A DNA stretch of 63,616 nucleotides, counting the filler, from Chiloscyllium plagiosum (taxonomy: Eukaryota), in assembly GCF_004010195.1 (NCBI RefSeq). It is 6 parts of one record of this genome, joined end to end, with 100 filler letters (N's around TTAATTAATTAA, not from the genome) between each part and the next. Parts side by side here need not be neighbours in the genome. Positions count along the whole stretch, not along the records: positions 32,560 to 47,430 come from NC_057716.1; positions 47,531 to 60,935 come from NC_057716.1; 4 more parts are not named here. One strand, given 5' to 3'. The position numbers and the translations under genes are program-made. Of the stretch, positions 38,243 to 51,149 are shown in pieces (the stretch's first letter is position 1; every line of letters starts with the position of its first letter). The notes under the pieces were generated by a model. That model made no database searches, was not told the DNA's origin, and saw only the letters and a list, made by a program, of their open reading frames with translations.

Positions 38243-40317
38243 GCTAAATGGGACAGACTTCAAACAGAACTAGCAACTCAAGACTGGGCATCCTTGAAAC
38301 GCTGTGGCCTATCAACACCAACAGGATTGTGCTCCGGCACAATCTGTAACCTCAAGGCCTGGTGTATCCCCCAGTCAACCATTACCATCTAGCCAGTAAA
38401 TCAATCCTGGTTCAACGGAGAGTGCAGGTGGGACCTGTCAGGAACAGCACAAGGCAGATCTAAAAATGTGGTGTGAACTTGGTGAACCTATCAAACAGGA
38501 CTACCTGCATGCCAAACAGCATAAGCAGCAAGTGATAGACAGAGCTAAGTGACCCCACAACCAACGGATCAGATCTAAGCTCTATAGTTTTACCACACCC
38601 AGTCACAAATGGAGGTGGACAATTAAACAACTCATTGAAGAAGGCAGCTCCACAACTACCCCATCCTTAATGATGGAAGAGCCCAGCACTTCAGTGCAAG
38701 AAGTGCCAGGCGTGCCAAGTGGATGATCCCCCTTCTCCACTGGTCGCCAGCATTATAGATGTCAGTCTTCAGCTAATTCAATTCACTCCATGTGATATCA
38801 AGAAATTGAATGCACTGGATAGTGCTAAGGCTATTGGCCCCTACAACATTCCAACAATAATATCCTCCAGAATTTTCTGCTTCCCGAGCCAAACTCTTCC
38901 ACAGTACAGCTACAACTCTGGTATCTACCCGACAGTGTGGGCAATTGCTCAGTTATGTCTTGTACACAAGATGCTGGATAAAAGCAACCCAGCCAATTAC
39001 CACCACATCAGTCTACTCTCAATCATCAGCAAAGTGATAGAAGGTGTCACCAACAATGCTATCAAACAGCTCGAGCTCAACAATAACCTACTCAGTGACA
39101 CCCAGTTTGGGTTCCATTAGGGCCACACACTCCTGATCTCATTACAGCCTTGGTGCAAAAATGGAAAAAAAAAAGAGCTGAATTCCAGAGGTGAGGTGAT
39201 AGTGACAGCGCTTGACATCAAGGTCACATTCAACTGAGAGTGGCATCGAGCACAACTAGAATCAATGGGTATCAGGGGCAAGCTCTCTGGTGACTGGAGT
39301 TATACCTAGTACAGAGGAAAATTATTATGGTTGTTGGAAGTCAGTCATCTCAGCTCCGGGACATCACTGCCACTTCCATCAGAATGGCCTGGAACTCATA
39401 CGCTCCACTTTGCTGCAATTTCCAATGATATAGCCAGGTGTAGTGCCTGTCTGAAGTCCAGTCCATATGTGTCTCCTCAGATCCTAAAGCAGCCCAAGTT
39501 CAAATGCAAAAAAAAGGACATCATCCACACTTGGGTTGACATGTGACAAGCAACATGAGCACCACACAAATGCCAGACAATGACCATCTCGAATAAGAAA
39601 TAAATCTATCTACTGTCGGTTGATATTCAATTGAATTATGTGTACTGAATCCTCCACTTTCAACAGCCTGGAGGTTGCCATTAGAAACTCAACTGCACTT
39701 GCCACATAAACACAGTGGCTGCAAGAGCAGGTCAGTGGCTTGGAATACTGCAACAAAGAACTCACCTCCTGACTCCCCAAAGCTTGTCCACCATCTGTGA
39801 GGCACAACTCAGGAGTTTTGTGGAATACAGTACACCTGCCTGAATAAGTGCAGCTCCAAAAACACTCAAAAAACGTGACACTATCCAGGACAAAGCAGCC
39901 CACTTGATTAGCAGTACATCCACAAACACCCACTCCCTCCACCACCAACATTCATTAGCAGCAGTGTGTGCTACGTACAAGATGCACTGCAGAAATTCTC
40001 CAAAGATCCTCAGACAACATCTTCCAAACTCACAACCACTTCCATCTAGAAGGACAAGGGCAGCAGATACATGGGAACACCACCACCTGCAAAATACCCT
40101 CCAAACCACTCACCATCCTGACTTGGAAATTTATCACCATTCCACTGTCACTGGGTGAAAATCATGAAATTCCTTCACTGAGGGCATTTTGGATCAACCT
40201 AAAGCAACTGAAACTTTGAACCTGCAACATTTGAAGAAAGCAGCTCACTACACTTTCTCAACGGGCAATTAAGACAGACGATAAATGCTGGCCAGTCAGC
40301 GATGCGCACATCCCACA
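38243..40317 (+). mobile_element. Degenerate CR1-group LINE of a second family (probable SacSINE1-like partner)
   Basis: Peptides KAIGPYNIP and DKSNPANYHHISLLSIISKVIE...TQFGF; HSLHHQHSLAAVC 3' region; tail ATAAATGCTGGCCAG...CACATCCC. Other pieces at ~34650-34760 (-) and ~61340-61855 (+). Confidence 0.75.
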
Positions 40318-40319
40318 AG

Positions 40320-42000
40320 TGCAGCACTAGAATGCACACTCAGGAACAATGGACTGACAGAAGAGACACAACAAACAGTGAGACAAACTGTCGTACCTAT
40401 GATAATAAGGAAAAGACAAACACATAACCTCAACACCAAGGAGAGGGAAGCACTGAAATCACTAGGAAACGATAAGAACACAATCATACTACCAGCAGAT
40501 AAAGGCAGAATGACGGTCATCCTAGATAAATCTGATTACATCCAAAAAGCACAACAACTACTTGCAGATATCAACACTACCAAATGAAGGAACTTGACCC
40601 CACACCACAACTCACCAATAGGATAAATAACACACTAAGGAATCTACAAAAAAACAGACAGATAACCAGAGCTGACCTACAAAGAATGAAAACGGAAAGC
40701 AACAACACCCCCAGACTCTATGGATTACCTAAAGTACACAAACCAGACATCCCACTCAGACCCAGAGTATCACTACCAGGGACACCATCATACAAACTGG
40801 CCAAAGAACTACAACAGAAACTGAAACACCTGATCAGCAGATTCAAACACCCTATACAATCAACACAGGAATTCTTGGACATCATCAGAAATATACACAT
40901 AGACAAAGAAGAAACCAGGACGCTGAACCTATCAACAAAGACGGCATACTCAAACTACTGGACTTGTGCCTCACAACACACTTCACATTCAACAACCAGA
41001 TATACGAACAAATCAACGGAACACCCATGGGAACACCAATCTCGGGACCCATAGCAGAGGCAGTTATGCAAAGGTTAGAACAAACAGTCCTACCACAAAT
41101 TCAACACAAACTCTGGGTCAGATATGTCGATGACACGTTTGTAATCATTAAAAACACGGAAATAGAAAAAACACACCGGACCATCAACGCCACACTCACA
41201 GGAATCCAATTCACGAGAGAAGAAGAAAAGGATAGCCAACTCCCATTCCTAGACGTGATAGTACAGAGAACACCAAACGGAGAATTCACNNNNNNNNNNN
41301 NNNNNNNNNNNNNNNNNNNNNNNNNNNNNNNNNNNNNNNNNNNNNNNNNNNNNNNNNNNNNNNNNNNNNNNNNNNNNNNNNNNNNNNNNNNNNNNNNNNN
41401 NNNNNNNNNNNNNNNNNNNNNNNNNNNNNNNNNNNNNNNNNNNNNNNNNNNNNNNNNNNNNNNNNNNNNNNNNNNNNNNNNNNNNNNNNNNNNNNNNNNN
41501 NNNNNNNNNNNNNNNNNNNNNNNNNNNNNNNNNNNNNNNNNNNNNNNNNNNNNNNNNNNNNNNNNNNNNNNNNAAACACTATATAGTACAAACAGGAAGA
41601 CAGCTAACAATCCGCATCCATGAACATCAACTAGCCATGAAACGACACGACCAGCTATCCTTAGGAGCCACACACGCAGACAACACGGAACACAAATTTG
41701 ACTGGGGCAACACTACTATCATAGGGCAAGCCAGACAGAGAACAGCCAGGGAATTCCTAGAGGCATGGCATTCATCCACAAACTCCATCAACAAACACAT
41801 CGACCTGGACCCAATATACCAACCACTACAGCGGACAGCTGAAACTGACAACCGGAAGCGGCAGGGACAGACCACTATAAACACCGGAGGAAACATCAAA
41901 GAAGCGCTTCGCAGGAGGCTCCCAAGCACTGATGATGTCGCCTAGCCAGGGGACGAAACGTTTGCAACAAAAACTTCCAGGCGAACAGAACCACAGCAAC
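40320..42000 (+). mobile_element. Penelope/Poseidon-like element: RT + GIY-YIG remnants + terminus
   Basis: Peptides ILPADKGRMTVILD, PRLYGLPKVHKPDIPLRP, GTPMGTPISG, WVRYVDDTF, LPFLDV and REFLEAWHS. Frameshifts, a deletion near 40915 and a gap at 41290-41573. Confidence 0.92.
41926..41965 (+). ncRNA. Minimal hammerhead ribozyme (second family)
   Basis: GCA-CTGATGA-T-GTCGCCT AGCC AGGGGAC-GAAA-CGTT-TGC: core, stem II, ACGT palindrome, GUU triplet and 3-bp stem I. Confidence 0.7.
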
Positions 42001-45000
42001 AAGTGCATAAAAAAGAATCCAGTGAAGTGACCATTCTTCAAAACTGTCGTGTGTAGACTTTGTTGACAAATTGATTCATTGAAACAATCTTAAAGGGGCA
42101 GGAATAATCAGTTGCTTCAACTTTTCTTGACAATTTATGCTGGTCGTCCCTGCAATCATACAATTATGATAAAAATAAAGCTAATACAGCTTTACCACAA
42201 CCTGAAGCAGAGAGTGAAGGACTGGACACAGGTTCACAAATGACCTTCAAAAGGGATGTCAAAAAATACATGGAAGGAAAGGTCTTGCCAATCAATGTAA
42301 GGAAAAGTTGGACTCATTGCATAGCTCATCCAAAGTGCCAGCACAGATATAATAGGCTGAATGGCCTCATTCTACCATTCTAAGAAATTGAAGGACAGGG
42401 CAAGGTTGAAAGAAAGGATGGATGATATTGAATGATAATGTTAAAAGGCCTTTCCAATCATGTAAGGAACAACTGGAATTAGAAATACACATGAGAGTTG
42501 AGAAGACTTGTTGTTAGTGTAGTTATTGTAATGAGGTCAGCTAGGTGGACCTCACAGAATATGAGTTCCCTAATTGGGGCTGTCAGCTTGGTTCAGTCAG
42601 GGAGCCCTGGTTGATAGATAGAAACAGGAGTGTCAGAGGTACTGTTCACTCTGAGAGCTGGCTCTGAATTAGCTGGATCAGTGTCAAGGACTTTCCACGT
42701 GTACATAAAGGGTGACTTGGTGATGGGATATTGGTCTCAGTGGCATTATTTCAGTGGTGACAAGAGAAAAGTACGCTCCTCAAGAAATTCACTCGCTACA
42801 GTTGTTTTTCAGTTGGAGTAAGCATTTCCGGCATCATGCTGTTATTTGGGAAGCTTGATTTATTCAATCCTGCCATCAAAGACTGGGCTCAGTATGTGGA
42901 AAGAATGTGTTATTTTTTCTGGGCAAATGATGTTGGGGCAGATGAAAAGCAACAAATAATTCTCCAGCTTTTTTTTAGTTATTAGGAGCCTCACTTTCGC
43001 TGAGGTATCAGATGCTAAAATCTTTCAAGAGTTGACAGATTTAGTTAAAGAAAATTAAGACCCCAAGCCTCTTCTAATTCTGAGATGCTATCAGTTTTGC
43101 TCAGCAATTTGAGAACCAGGAGAATCTATCTCGGGATTTTTGACAAGGTTAAGATGACTGTCAGGGGCATGTGATTTTGGGTTAACCCTGACTGAGATGC
43201 TGTGAGACCGTTTGGTATGTGGGATTAATGAGGTAGCTATGACCAAAGTGGCCCAACTGGACTTCAGACAGGCACTACACCTGGCTATATCATTGGAAAA
43301 TGCAGCAAGTGGAGCATCTGAGTTGCAGAGCATTCCGATGGAAGTGGCCATCTTGCCAGTCTGACTGAGCTTGGGAAACACCACTTGAGATTGCATTGCC
43401 TCACACAGGACTTATCCTGGTCAGAGGGATTCTAGGACATCTAATAGCAAAACACCAAAACAAAGCCGAGCTTCATCCAAACGGTTGAACTTTTCTTCAG
43501 GAACCAGCTGGCATGCACAACCGAGACAGTAAAAGAGCCGAGACCTAGACCTAAATTGAGTAAGAGAACTCATAGGCCAGTATCCAGGAGAATACACATC
43601 CCAGAAAACTCAGGTAAATCTGGTTTGGAACACCTAAATTGCTGAGCAACATCCAAATCAGAACCAATTAAAATAAACATCTGGTTAAATGGTCACCCAG
43701 TTCTAATGGAGGTCAATATCAGTACAACAGTTTCAGTCATCTCAGAACCAGTCTTTAACAAAATTCAGTCTGGACTCCAACCTTTCAGTTTGTACAAGAC
43801 CTCTGCTAGACTGAGAACCTATATCAGGGAACCGTTCCAGATTAAGGGTACAAATTCGGTTCCGGCCTCAAGTGAGAAGCAGTTGTTTCAATTACCACAG
43901 GGGGGTTGTAGGAGAAGACTCAGGCCCAAGCTTGATGGGGTGAAATTGGTTTACAAAGATTCACCTTGATTGGCTCAACATTTTTTGATTAGAAAATTCC
44001 TGCCTGAGTGAAATCCTAATTAACTACCCAGAAGTTTTTCCAGGTCAAGGGTCGATGCAAGGCCAACCCAGTGCCGTTTGCCTTATGGGCAAAAGTAGAG
44101 GCAGATATCAGAAGGAATTATTGAACCAAAGTGGAATGGGCAGCACTGGCCATCACTAATTGTGAAGCCCAATGGATCGGTTCACCTTTGTGGGGATTTT
44201 AAACAAATGGTAAACCACTTTTCACTGCTGGATAGATACCCAATCCCTCACACACAGGATTTATACACAAAATTGGCAGGGGTGCTGTCCTTCACAAAGC
44301 CAGACATGAGCCACGCGTACCTGCAATTGTGGTTAGATGAGGATTTTCAGGAATATGCCACAGTTAATACCCATATGGGTTTGTACTGATGTCTGAGACA
44401 GCTTGTGCAAATTTTCAATGGATGATGGAGAACATTTTACAAGGTCGATACCAGGGCATTCTTTACCTAGAGGATATGCCAATAACAGGGAAGAGCAATA
44501 AGAGTACTTAGAGAACTTGGACATAGTCCTTAGATGTTTCTCCCTGGTGGGTGTATGCCTTAGAATGGAAAATGTGCGTTCCAAGCACCCCAAGTGACCT
44601 ACTTGTGTTACAGAGTCAACAGTGCCGGGTTACATACATTGAAAGACAAAGTGAGGACAATCAAAGGTGCCCTGACTCCCAAGTCAGTACCAGAGTTTAG
44701 GTCTTTCCTTGGACTGGTCAACTATTATGAAAACTTCAAACATAACCCAGCCTCGATCCTGGCATCTTTGCATCAACTCTCAAAAATGGGTCAGCCTTGG
44801 AAATGGACATGGAGCCAAGACATAGTTTTCAGGGAATTAACCTCTAAGGAGATTAGGAAGAGTCCTGTTCTGACAAAGGCTCAGTGGATCTGAAATGTTA
44901 ACTCTGATTTCTCTCCATAGATGCTGTCAGACCCACTGAGCTTTTCCAGCAACTTCTGTCTTTGTATCATCCTCTAAGGTGTTGGCAGACTATGATCTCA

Positions 45001-45092
45001 GGCAAGATGGGTATTGACAGCTGCATGCCTCCCCATATGGCATCAGGATAATTTTAGCTCCTAGGTGGCCCAATGGAAAGGAACACTCAGTA

Positions 45093-45410
45093 GGGGCGGC
45101 ACGGTGGCACAGTGGTTAGCACTGCTGCCTCACAGCGCCTGAGACCCGGGTTCAATTCCCGACTCAGGCGACTGACTGTGTGGAGTTTGCACATTCTCCC
45201 AGTGTCTGCGTGGGTTTCCTCCGGGTGCTCCGGTTTCCTCCCACAGTCCAAAGATGTGCAGGTCAAGTGAATTGGCCATGCTAAATTGCCCGTAGTGTTA
45301 GGTAAGGGGTAAATGTAGGGGCATGGGTGGGTTGCGCTTCGGTGGGTCAGTGTGGACTTGTTGGGCCGAAGGACCTGTTTCCACACTGTAATGTAATGTA
45401 ATCTAATCTA
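45093..45410 (+). mobile_element. Full-length HE1-like V-SINE nested in the Gypsy element
   Basis: GGGCGGCACGGTGGCACAGTGGTTAGC head, B-box GGTTCAATTCCC, V-domain and (TGTAA/TCTAA)n tail. Confidence 0.92.
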
Positions 45411-45506
45411 GTGTATGCATGCAGGACTTGGGCTAATGCAGAGCATAAGTATTACCAGATACAGGAGGGAGGTTTGGTGGTCATATTTGGAAGTTCCGCC
45501 AATACC

Positions 45507-46212
45507 TTATGGATGTGCAGATGGACCTTGGAGTCCATGTACATAGATCCCTGAAAGTTGCCACCCAGGTTGATAGTGCTGTTAACATGGCAGACGGTAT
45601 GTTAGGTTTCATTAGTAGAGGGATTGAGTTCCGGAGCCGCAACATCATGCTGCAACTATACAAAACGGTAGTGCGGCCACACTTGGAATATTGTGTACAG
45701 TTCTGGTCGCCATATTTCGGGAAGGTGCAGAGGACAGTTCTGGTCGCCATATTTCGGGAAGGTGCAGAGGAGATTTACCAGGATGTTGCCTGGTCTGGAG
45801 GGAAGGCCTTATGAGAAAAGGCTGAGAGACTTGGATCTGTTCTCATTGGAAAGAAGAAGGCTAAGAGGGGATTTGATAGAGACATACAAGATGATCAGAG
45901 GATTAGATAGGGTAGACAGTGAAAGTCTTTTTCCTAGGATGATGATGTCGGCTTGTACGAGGGGGCATAACTACAAACTGAGGGGTGATAGATTTAAAAC
46001 AGATGTCAGAGGCAGGTTCTATACACAGAGAGTGGTAAGGGTGTGGAATGTCCTCCCTGCCAATGTAGTTAACTCAGCCACATTAGGGAGATTTAAACAA
46101 TCCTTGGATAAGCACATGGATGATGATGGGATAGTGTAGGGGGACAAGCTGATAATTGAGGGCCGAAGGACTGTTCTGCGCTGTATTGCTCTATGTTCTA
46201 TGTTCTATGTAA
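45507..46212 (+). mobile_element. 5'-truncated CR1 nested in the Gypsy element
   Basis: Peptides VRPHLEYCVQFWSP and ERRRLRGDLIETYK; (CTATGTT)n tail; internal ~37-bp tandem duplication near 45697-45770. Confidence 0.9.
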
Positions 46213-47430
46213 CTTAATAATAATGAAGCACAAACTCCTGCTAGGTCTACTTTAAGAGGACAAGTCAGCGTCATCTACAGCTTCAGGCCCAATTCAGTAT
46301 AAGTGCATATATTACAAGTTGGAACACCGTCTGGGAAGCCAAGTAGCAAATGGGGATGCATTGAGCTGGTGATCCGCTGCCGGTGGGAACACTGCTGGAA
46401 AAGTCTGTCATGGTTTTAGATTTTCTGGGCGCATTACCAGTTACAGCTGACAATATCAGACTTTGGACAAAGATCCAAGCCTGGCAAAACTGAGAGAGCT
46501 GGTGGTGATGGGAAAAACCAAAGGGCTGTCGCAACCAGAACTGAGACATTTTTGGACCCAGAGACCAGATCACAGTGGAGAAGGGCACATTATTACATTC
46601 AGCAAGAGTGATTGTCCCCAGTAAAAGTCGTCACCAGATACTGGCTGAACTCTACCAAAATCATCCAGAGTTTTACAAAACAAAGATGTTGGCAAGACAT
46701 TATAACAAGACAAGATATAACTACCTTAGTGGGGCAGTGCCCACAGTGCCAGCATGACAAGAATTACCAGCAGGGACTAGCCCACATTCGTCAGAGTGGC
46801 CGGGTAAACACTGTACTTGGTTACATGTCAATTATACAAGTCCTTTCATGGGGGCTCAATATTCATAGTTATTGTGGACGCCCACTCAAAGTGCCTGGAC
46901 GTGCATAGAATTCATTTGCCGAACACAAAAACAAAAGACATCTTTCACAATACCGGGACGCCTGGAAGTATTGATCACGGTTAACGGGCCATCATTTACC
47001 AGCAGGGAACTTGAAAACTTCCTGCAGTCAAATGGCAAAAAGAGCCATCCAAACTTTTGAAGGCAGGCTTAAAGAAACATCAAACGGCTTCACGAGATAA
47101 TAAAATGCCCTGGTTCCTGTTTGATTATAGGAGCACTCCTTATGCAAGAGTCTGAGGTTCTGTTTCAGGACTGTCCGTGTATAAATAAAGGGTGACTTGG
47201 TGACAGGATACTGGCTTCTGTGGAGTTATTTCAGTTAGAACGAGGGTAGGTCCGATCAAGGACAGTAGTGGGAGACTGTGTATTGAGTCGGAAGAGATAT
47301 CAGTTAGAACAGGGTAGGTCCGATCAAGGACAGTAGTGGGAGACTGTGTATTGAGTCGGAAGAGATAGGCGAGGTCTTGAATGAGTACTTTTCTTCAGTA
47401 TTTACAAACGAGAGGGACCGTATTGTTGAA

Positions 47431-47530
47431 NNNNNNNNNNNNNNNNNNNNNNNNNNNNNNNNNNNNNNNNNNNNTTAATTAATTAANNNNNNNNNNNNNN
47501 NNNNNNNNNNNNNNNNNNNNNNNNNNNNNN
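47431..47530. other. Artificial contig linker
   Basis: 44N-TTAATTAATTAA-44N. Confidence 0.95.
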
Positions 47531-48160
47531 ATCCTCAGGTTTTTCAAAATGTCCAACATATCTTCCTTCCTAACAAGTTTCTCCTCTAGCTTACCAGTCT
47601 GTTTCATACTCTCCTCTTCAACAATACGGTCCCTCTCATTTGTAAATACTGAAGAAAAGTATTCATTCAAGACCTCTCCTATCTCTTTCGACTCAATACA
47701 CAGTCTCTCACTACCGTCCTTGATCGGACCTACCCTCGTTCTCGTCATTCTCATGTTTCTCACATACGCATAAAATGCCTTGGGATTATCCTTGATCCTA
47801 CCCGCCAAAGATTTTTCATGCCCTCTCTTAGCTCTCCTAATCCCTTTCTTCAGCTCCCTTCTGGCTATCCTGTATCCCTTCAACACTCTGTCTGAACCTT
47901 GTTTCCTTAGCCTTATGTAAGCTGCCTCCTCCTTCTTTACAAGATATTCAACCTCCCTCGTCAACCAAGGTTCCCTCACACGACCATCTCTTTCCTGCCT
48001 GACAGGTACATACTTATCAAGGACACGTCGTATCTGTTCCTTGAAAAAGTTCCACATTTCCGCGACATCCTTCCCTGACAGCCTATGCTCCCAACTTATG
48101 CTCCTCAGATCCTGTCTTACAGCATCGTATTTACCCTTCCCCCAATTGTAAAACCCTCTT
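47531..48160 (-). mobile_element. Young CR1 ORF2 fragment
   Basis: Open frame of ~175 aa (KDNPKAFYAYVRN, EVLNEYFSSVFT). Confidence 0.9.
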
Positions 48161-48471
48161 GTATCAGAAAATCTCTCTTAAAGAGGTACCAGGTTTTTTT
48201 TCTTGTTTTACCTGTTTCCTTTTCATTCTCACTTTTCTCCCTTTCTTTTCCTTCCTTCTCTGGTTTTATCGAACTGGGAATGATTTACCAGTGATTTATC
48301 AATGGTCTGTTCTTTGGGAGCAAGGTTAAATGGAGAAATACTTCACGTGTCATAAGTTGGAGAAAAGGCAACTTGTGGTTTTTAGAATAAAATGAGTCTT
48401 CATTTATAAAATGTAAGCATTTCTTTGAAGGCACAGCAATGAAAGAATGTTAACTCCATTTCTCTTCCTAG

Positions 48472-48571
48472 GGGGCAGGAAGGACATATCAAACCTGAAG
48501 ATATAAGAGACCTCTTACAGACTTTGATTGAATCAAACTATGAATCACAGCAGTTCCTTTCTAGCATACAG
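48472..48571 (+). CDS. PCNT: Pericentrin internal exon (GQEGHIKPEDIRDLLQTLIESNYESQQFLSSIQ)
   Basis: Acceptor ttctcttcctag, donor CAG|GTAAAT; phase 2 to 0, in frame with the next exon. Confidence 0.7.
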
Positions 48572-48786
48572 GTAAATGAAATAACAACATCCAAAGTTGG
48601 GTGTTGAAATGGGTGGATGAGCACCATATGGATGTCTCTGATCTCTGCAAATCAGACCCAATTACTTTTTGACAAAGTATCATTTAAAACGCTTTCCCTG
48701 AAGGGTGGAAATTGCAGCATAATTCATTTCAGAACAATCACTTTCCAGCTTTGTCTTTAACATTATTATGTGATCTTGTATTCTAG

Positions 48787-48963
48787 GAGAAACCAATTGA
48801 TCACCCAGATGTAGTTCTACATATTGAAAGGGCAAATTGGATGAAGGAAAGAAACCGGTTACAGAATTGCTTAAAAGACGCTGAATCAGAATTAGCTAGA
48901 GTAATGGCAGAGATTGAAAATCGACCTCTGCGGCAGGATCTTTTGGACCCCTCCAGCATGAAG
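48787..48963 (+). CDS. PCNT: Pericentrin coiled-coil exon (EKPIDHP...ERANWMKERNRLQNCLKDAESELARVMAEIENRP...SSMK)
   Basis: Acceptor ttgtattctag, donor AAG|GTGAGC; 177 nt, phase 0-0. Confidence 0.85.
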
Positions 48964-50475
48964 GTGAGCACCATGAAAATTTGACTTGCACCTCTGTAAA
49001 GCATCCAATGTTGTTATATTTTGGAAAATCTAAGGTAGAAACACATTCATATCACTTGTTACAGTTCTAACTTGTATGGTGAAATTCAAGTTATCAGTTT
49101 CTTTACTTGAAGAAAATTGCTCTTTTGCCGGTTCTAATTCCAAAGGGTTTGTTAATAAACCCAAACTTGCCTTTTCTATGGGCAGAGGCTGAGCACTATA
49201 ATTCCTGGCATGGGCTTGATAGTCCTGACACATATACAAAGTAGGATGGGCAACACTTGCCAACTCTGGCATTCCTAATGCAGAGATTGGCAGGGGTTGG
49301 CCATCCTTGGAGTAGTGTAATGATATGGTAATGGTGGCTTGAAAACAGATCAAGGAAACCATGGCAGCAGGAATTGGCAAGAGTAGCCACTTGATGATGC
49401 CCCATAAGTGGGCAAGGGACTCAACACTAATAATATCTGCTATAGCGCTGTCTGGACAATTGGGACTCATGGAAGCTCTGGAGAATATTTAAGCGCTTGA
49501 GTTAAGCCTTGGAAGTATCTCTGAGAGCTATGCTTAGCAGTTGGAGCCTGCGAAGAAGCCCCAAGAAATGTGGCTTGTTTTGTCTAGTGGAGAGTGGAAG
49601 TGAATTAAACCCCACAAGTAGTGTTCTGTTTTGTGCAGTTGAAATGGGGAAAACTCATGAGATCATATTGACAGGGCTAGCTGTCTAAAAATTGTGCCAG
49701 TGATTCAATGCTGGAGTGCAGTCTCTGGAATCCAGTGGAACGCAATCACAGTAGAAGAAATTAAACTATCAGGATATGAACTGTCATTGAATGGCATCCA
49801 AGGTGATGTTGAAGTTAGACGTTTGAGAGGGAAGAGTTAAAATCCCTTGTAAAAGGAGACAATGTTTTAATGAGAACTGAAAGAACTGGATGCTGGAAAC
49901 TAGAATCAAAGACAGAAGTTGCTGGAAAATCTCAGCAGATCTGTCAGCAACTGTGAAGAGAAATGGGAGTTAACATTTCGGGTCCAGTGATCCTTGCTCA
50001 GGATTGTTTGTTTAAAACCTTGAAGTTTTATTCTCTGAGTGAATACCTGGGATCTTAAATTTTATTTTCTTTAAACAAAACAAAGTTACTGGTCCCTTGC
50101 CAGACTGGAACTTAAATTTGGTAGTCTCATCATGATTTCTAAACAGTAATAAAGTCATATCGTAGAGAAAATTTGTTTTGTTCCATTCTCAGTGGATGGA
50201 ACAGAGCATTTATTGCACACAGTCACATGATTTGTCCCAATAATAACTATCTATATGCTGCTCACTTCGACACTGTTGTCAGCTGATTTAAACATTTCAA
50301 TCATTAGTCCTCACTTAGAACTGCAGTGTTAGTTACCTGAGCCACTGTGTTGAGAAGCTGTTCCTGACTGGTCCTTTTTTAATATAGAAATACATTTTCT
50401 TAATTTTTGTAAGTTCAATTTTGCATGGTGCAACTACCAGTTTTCTCTACTAAATTTTGTTATTTGTTACTGCAG

Positions 50476-50708
50476 ATGCAGCGACTTTATGGCAAATACC
50501 TCCGAGCTGAAAGCTTCAGGAAGGCATTGGTATATCAGAAGAAATACCTGTTGCTGCTTCTCGGGGGATTCCAGGAATGTGAACAGGCAACCCTATGTCT
50601 AATAGCCCGTATGGGAGTGTATCCTTCTCCCACAGACATTCACGTGCCCACCTGGCGTCCATTAACAAAGTTCCGCTCAGCAGTTAGAGTGGTCATTGCA
50701 ATATCCAG
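50476..50708 (+). CDS. PCNT: Pericentrin PACT-domain exon
   Basis: MQRLYGKYLRAESFRKALVYQKKYLLLLLGGFQECEQATLCLIARMGVYPSP...KFRSAVRVVIAISR is a PACT domain. Acceptor tactgcag, donor AG|GTATGA. Confidence 0.92.
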
Positions 50709-51060
50709 GTATGAGTTCATTCAAATTGATGGTATAGTTATTTTCATTTTGGCTGCAGGCATTTTCTTTCAAATTTCCCCAAATGCTATGTTGCTTCCAT
50801 GCCTTACTAAACTGCTGACCATTAAATTAATCCTTCCCGACACTTTGAAGAACAAATTATTTACAATAAGTCAATTTTAAAACTACTGACCACCTGTGCT
50901 CAAAAAACATTTACCCTAAAAACCTTGTCCTTGTCCTTGAAAACCACTGCTCCATCTCTAAAGGTTTAATTGTTTTTTTTTAATGAATTAGGCTGAGACT
51001 TCCTGTAACTCCTTGTATGTAACTTGGTTCAATGTTTTTATATTCCACTTTGCACATCAG

Positions 51061-51149
51061 GCTGAAATTTCTTGTGAAGAAATGGCAGAAAGCGACAAGG
51101 AAAGGTCTGTACCCTGCCCCCACAGCAAACAATGTTGGAGGTGGCCAAG
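51061..51149 (+). CDS. PCNT: Pericentrin exon completing the PACT domain (LKFLVKKWQKATRKG...)
   Basis: Acceptor cacatcag, phase 2 start matches the previous exon, donor AAG|GTATGT. VRVVIA and LVKKWQ favour PCNT over AKAP9. Confidence 0.88.

Larger units (their letters stand above)
42527..47233 (+). mobile_element. Decayed Ty3/Gypsy LTR retrotransposon
   Basis: 5' LTR 42527-42753 (TG...CA) followed by PBS-like TGGTGACAAG; partial 3' LTR ~47148-47233; flanks GTTAT/GTTAG. Remnants of gag (FGKLDLFNPAIKDWAQYVERM), protease (MEVNISTTVSVISE), RT (KPNGSVHLCGDFK, DRYPIP), FRSFLGLVNYY and integrase (NGPSFTSRE). Confidence 0.9.

Noticed and set aside
45093..45170. Genuine tRNA gene
   Set aside because: A and B boxes are present but the sequence continues into a V-domain and LINE-like tail and recurs as dispersed copies, so it is a SINE head.
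50425..50880. Standalone 151-aa gene, or AKAP9
   Set aside because: Only 50476-50708 is exon and the rest is intron read-through. GVYPS, VRVVIA and LVKKWQ match my recollection of PCNT better than AKAP9.
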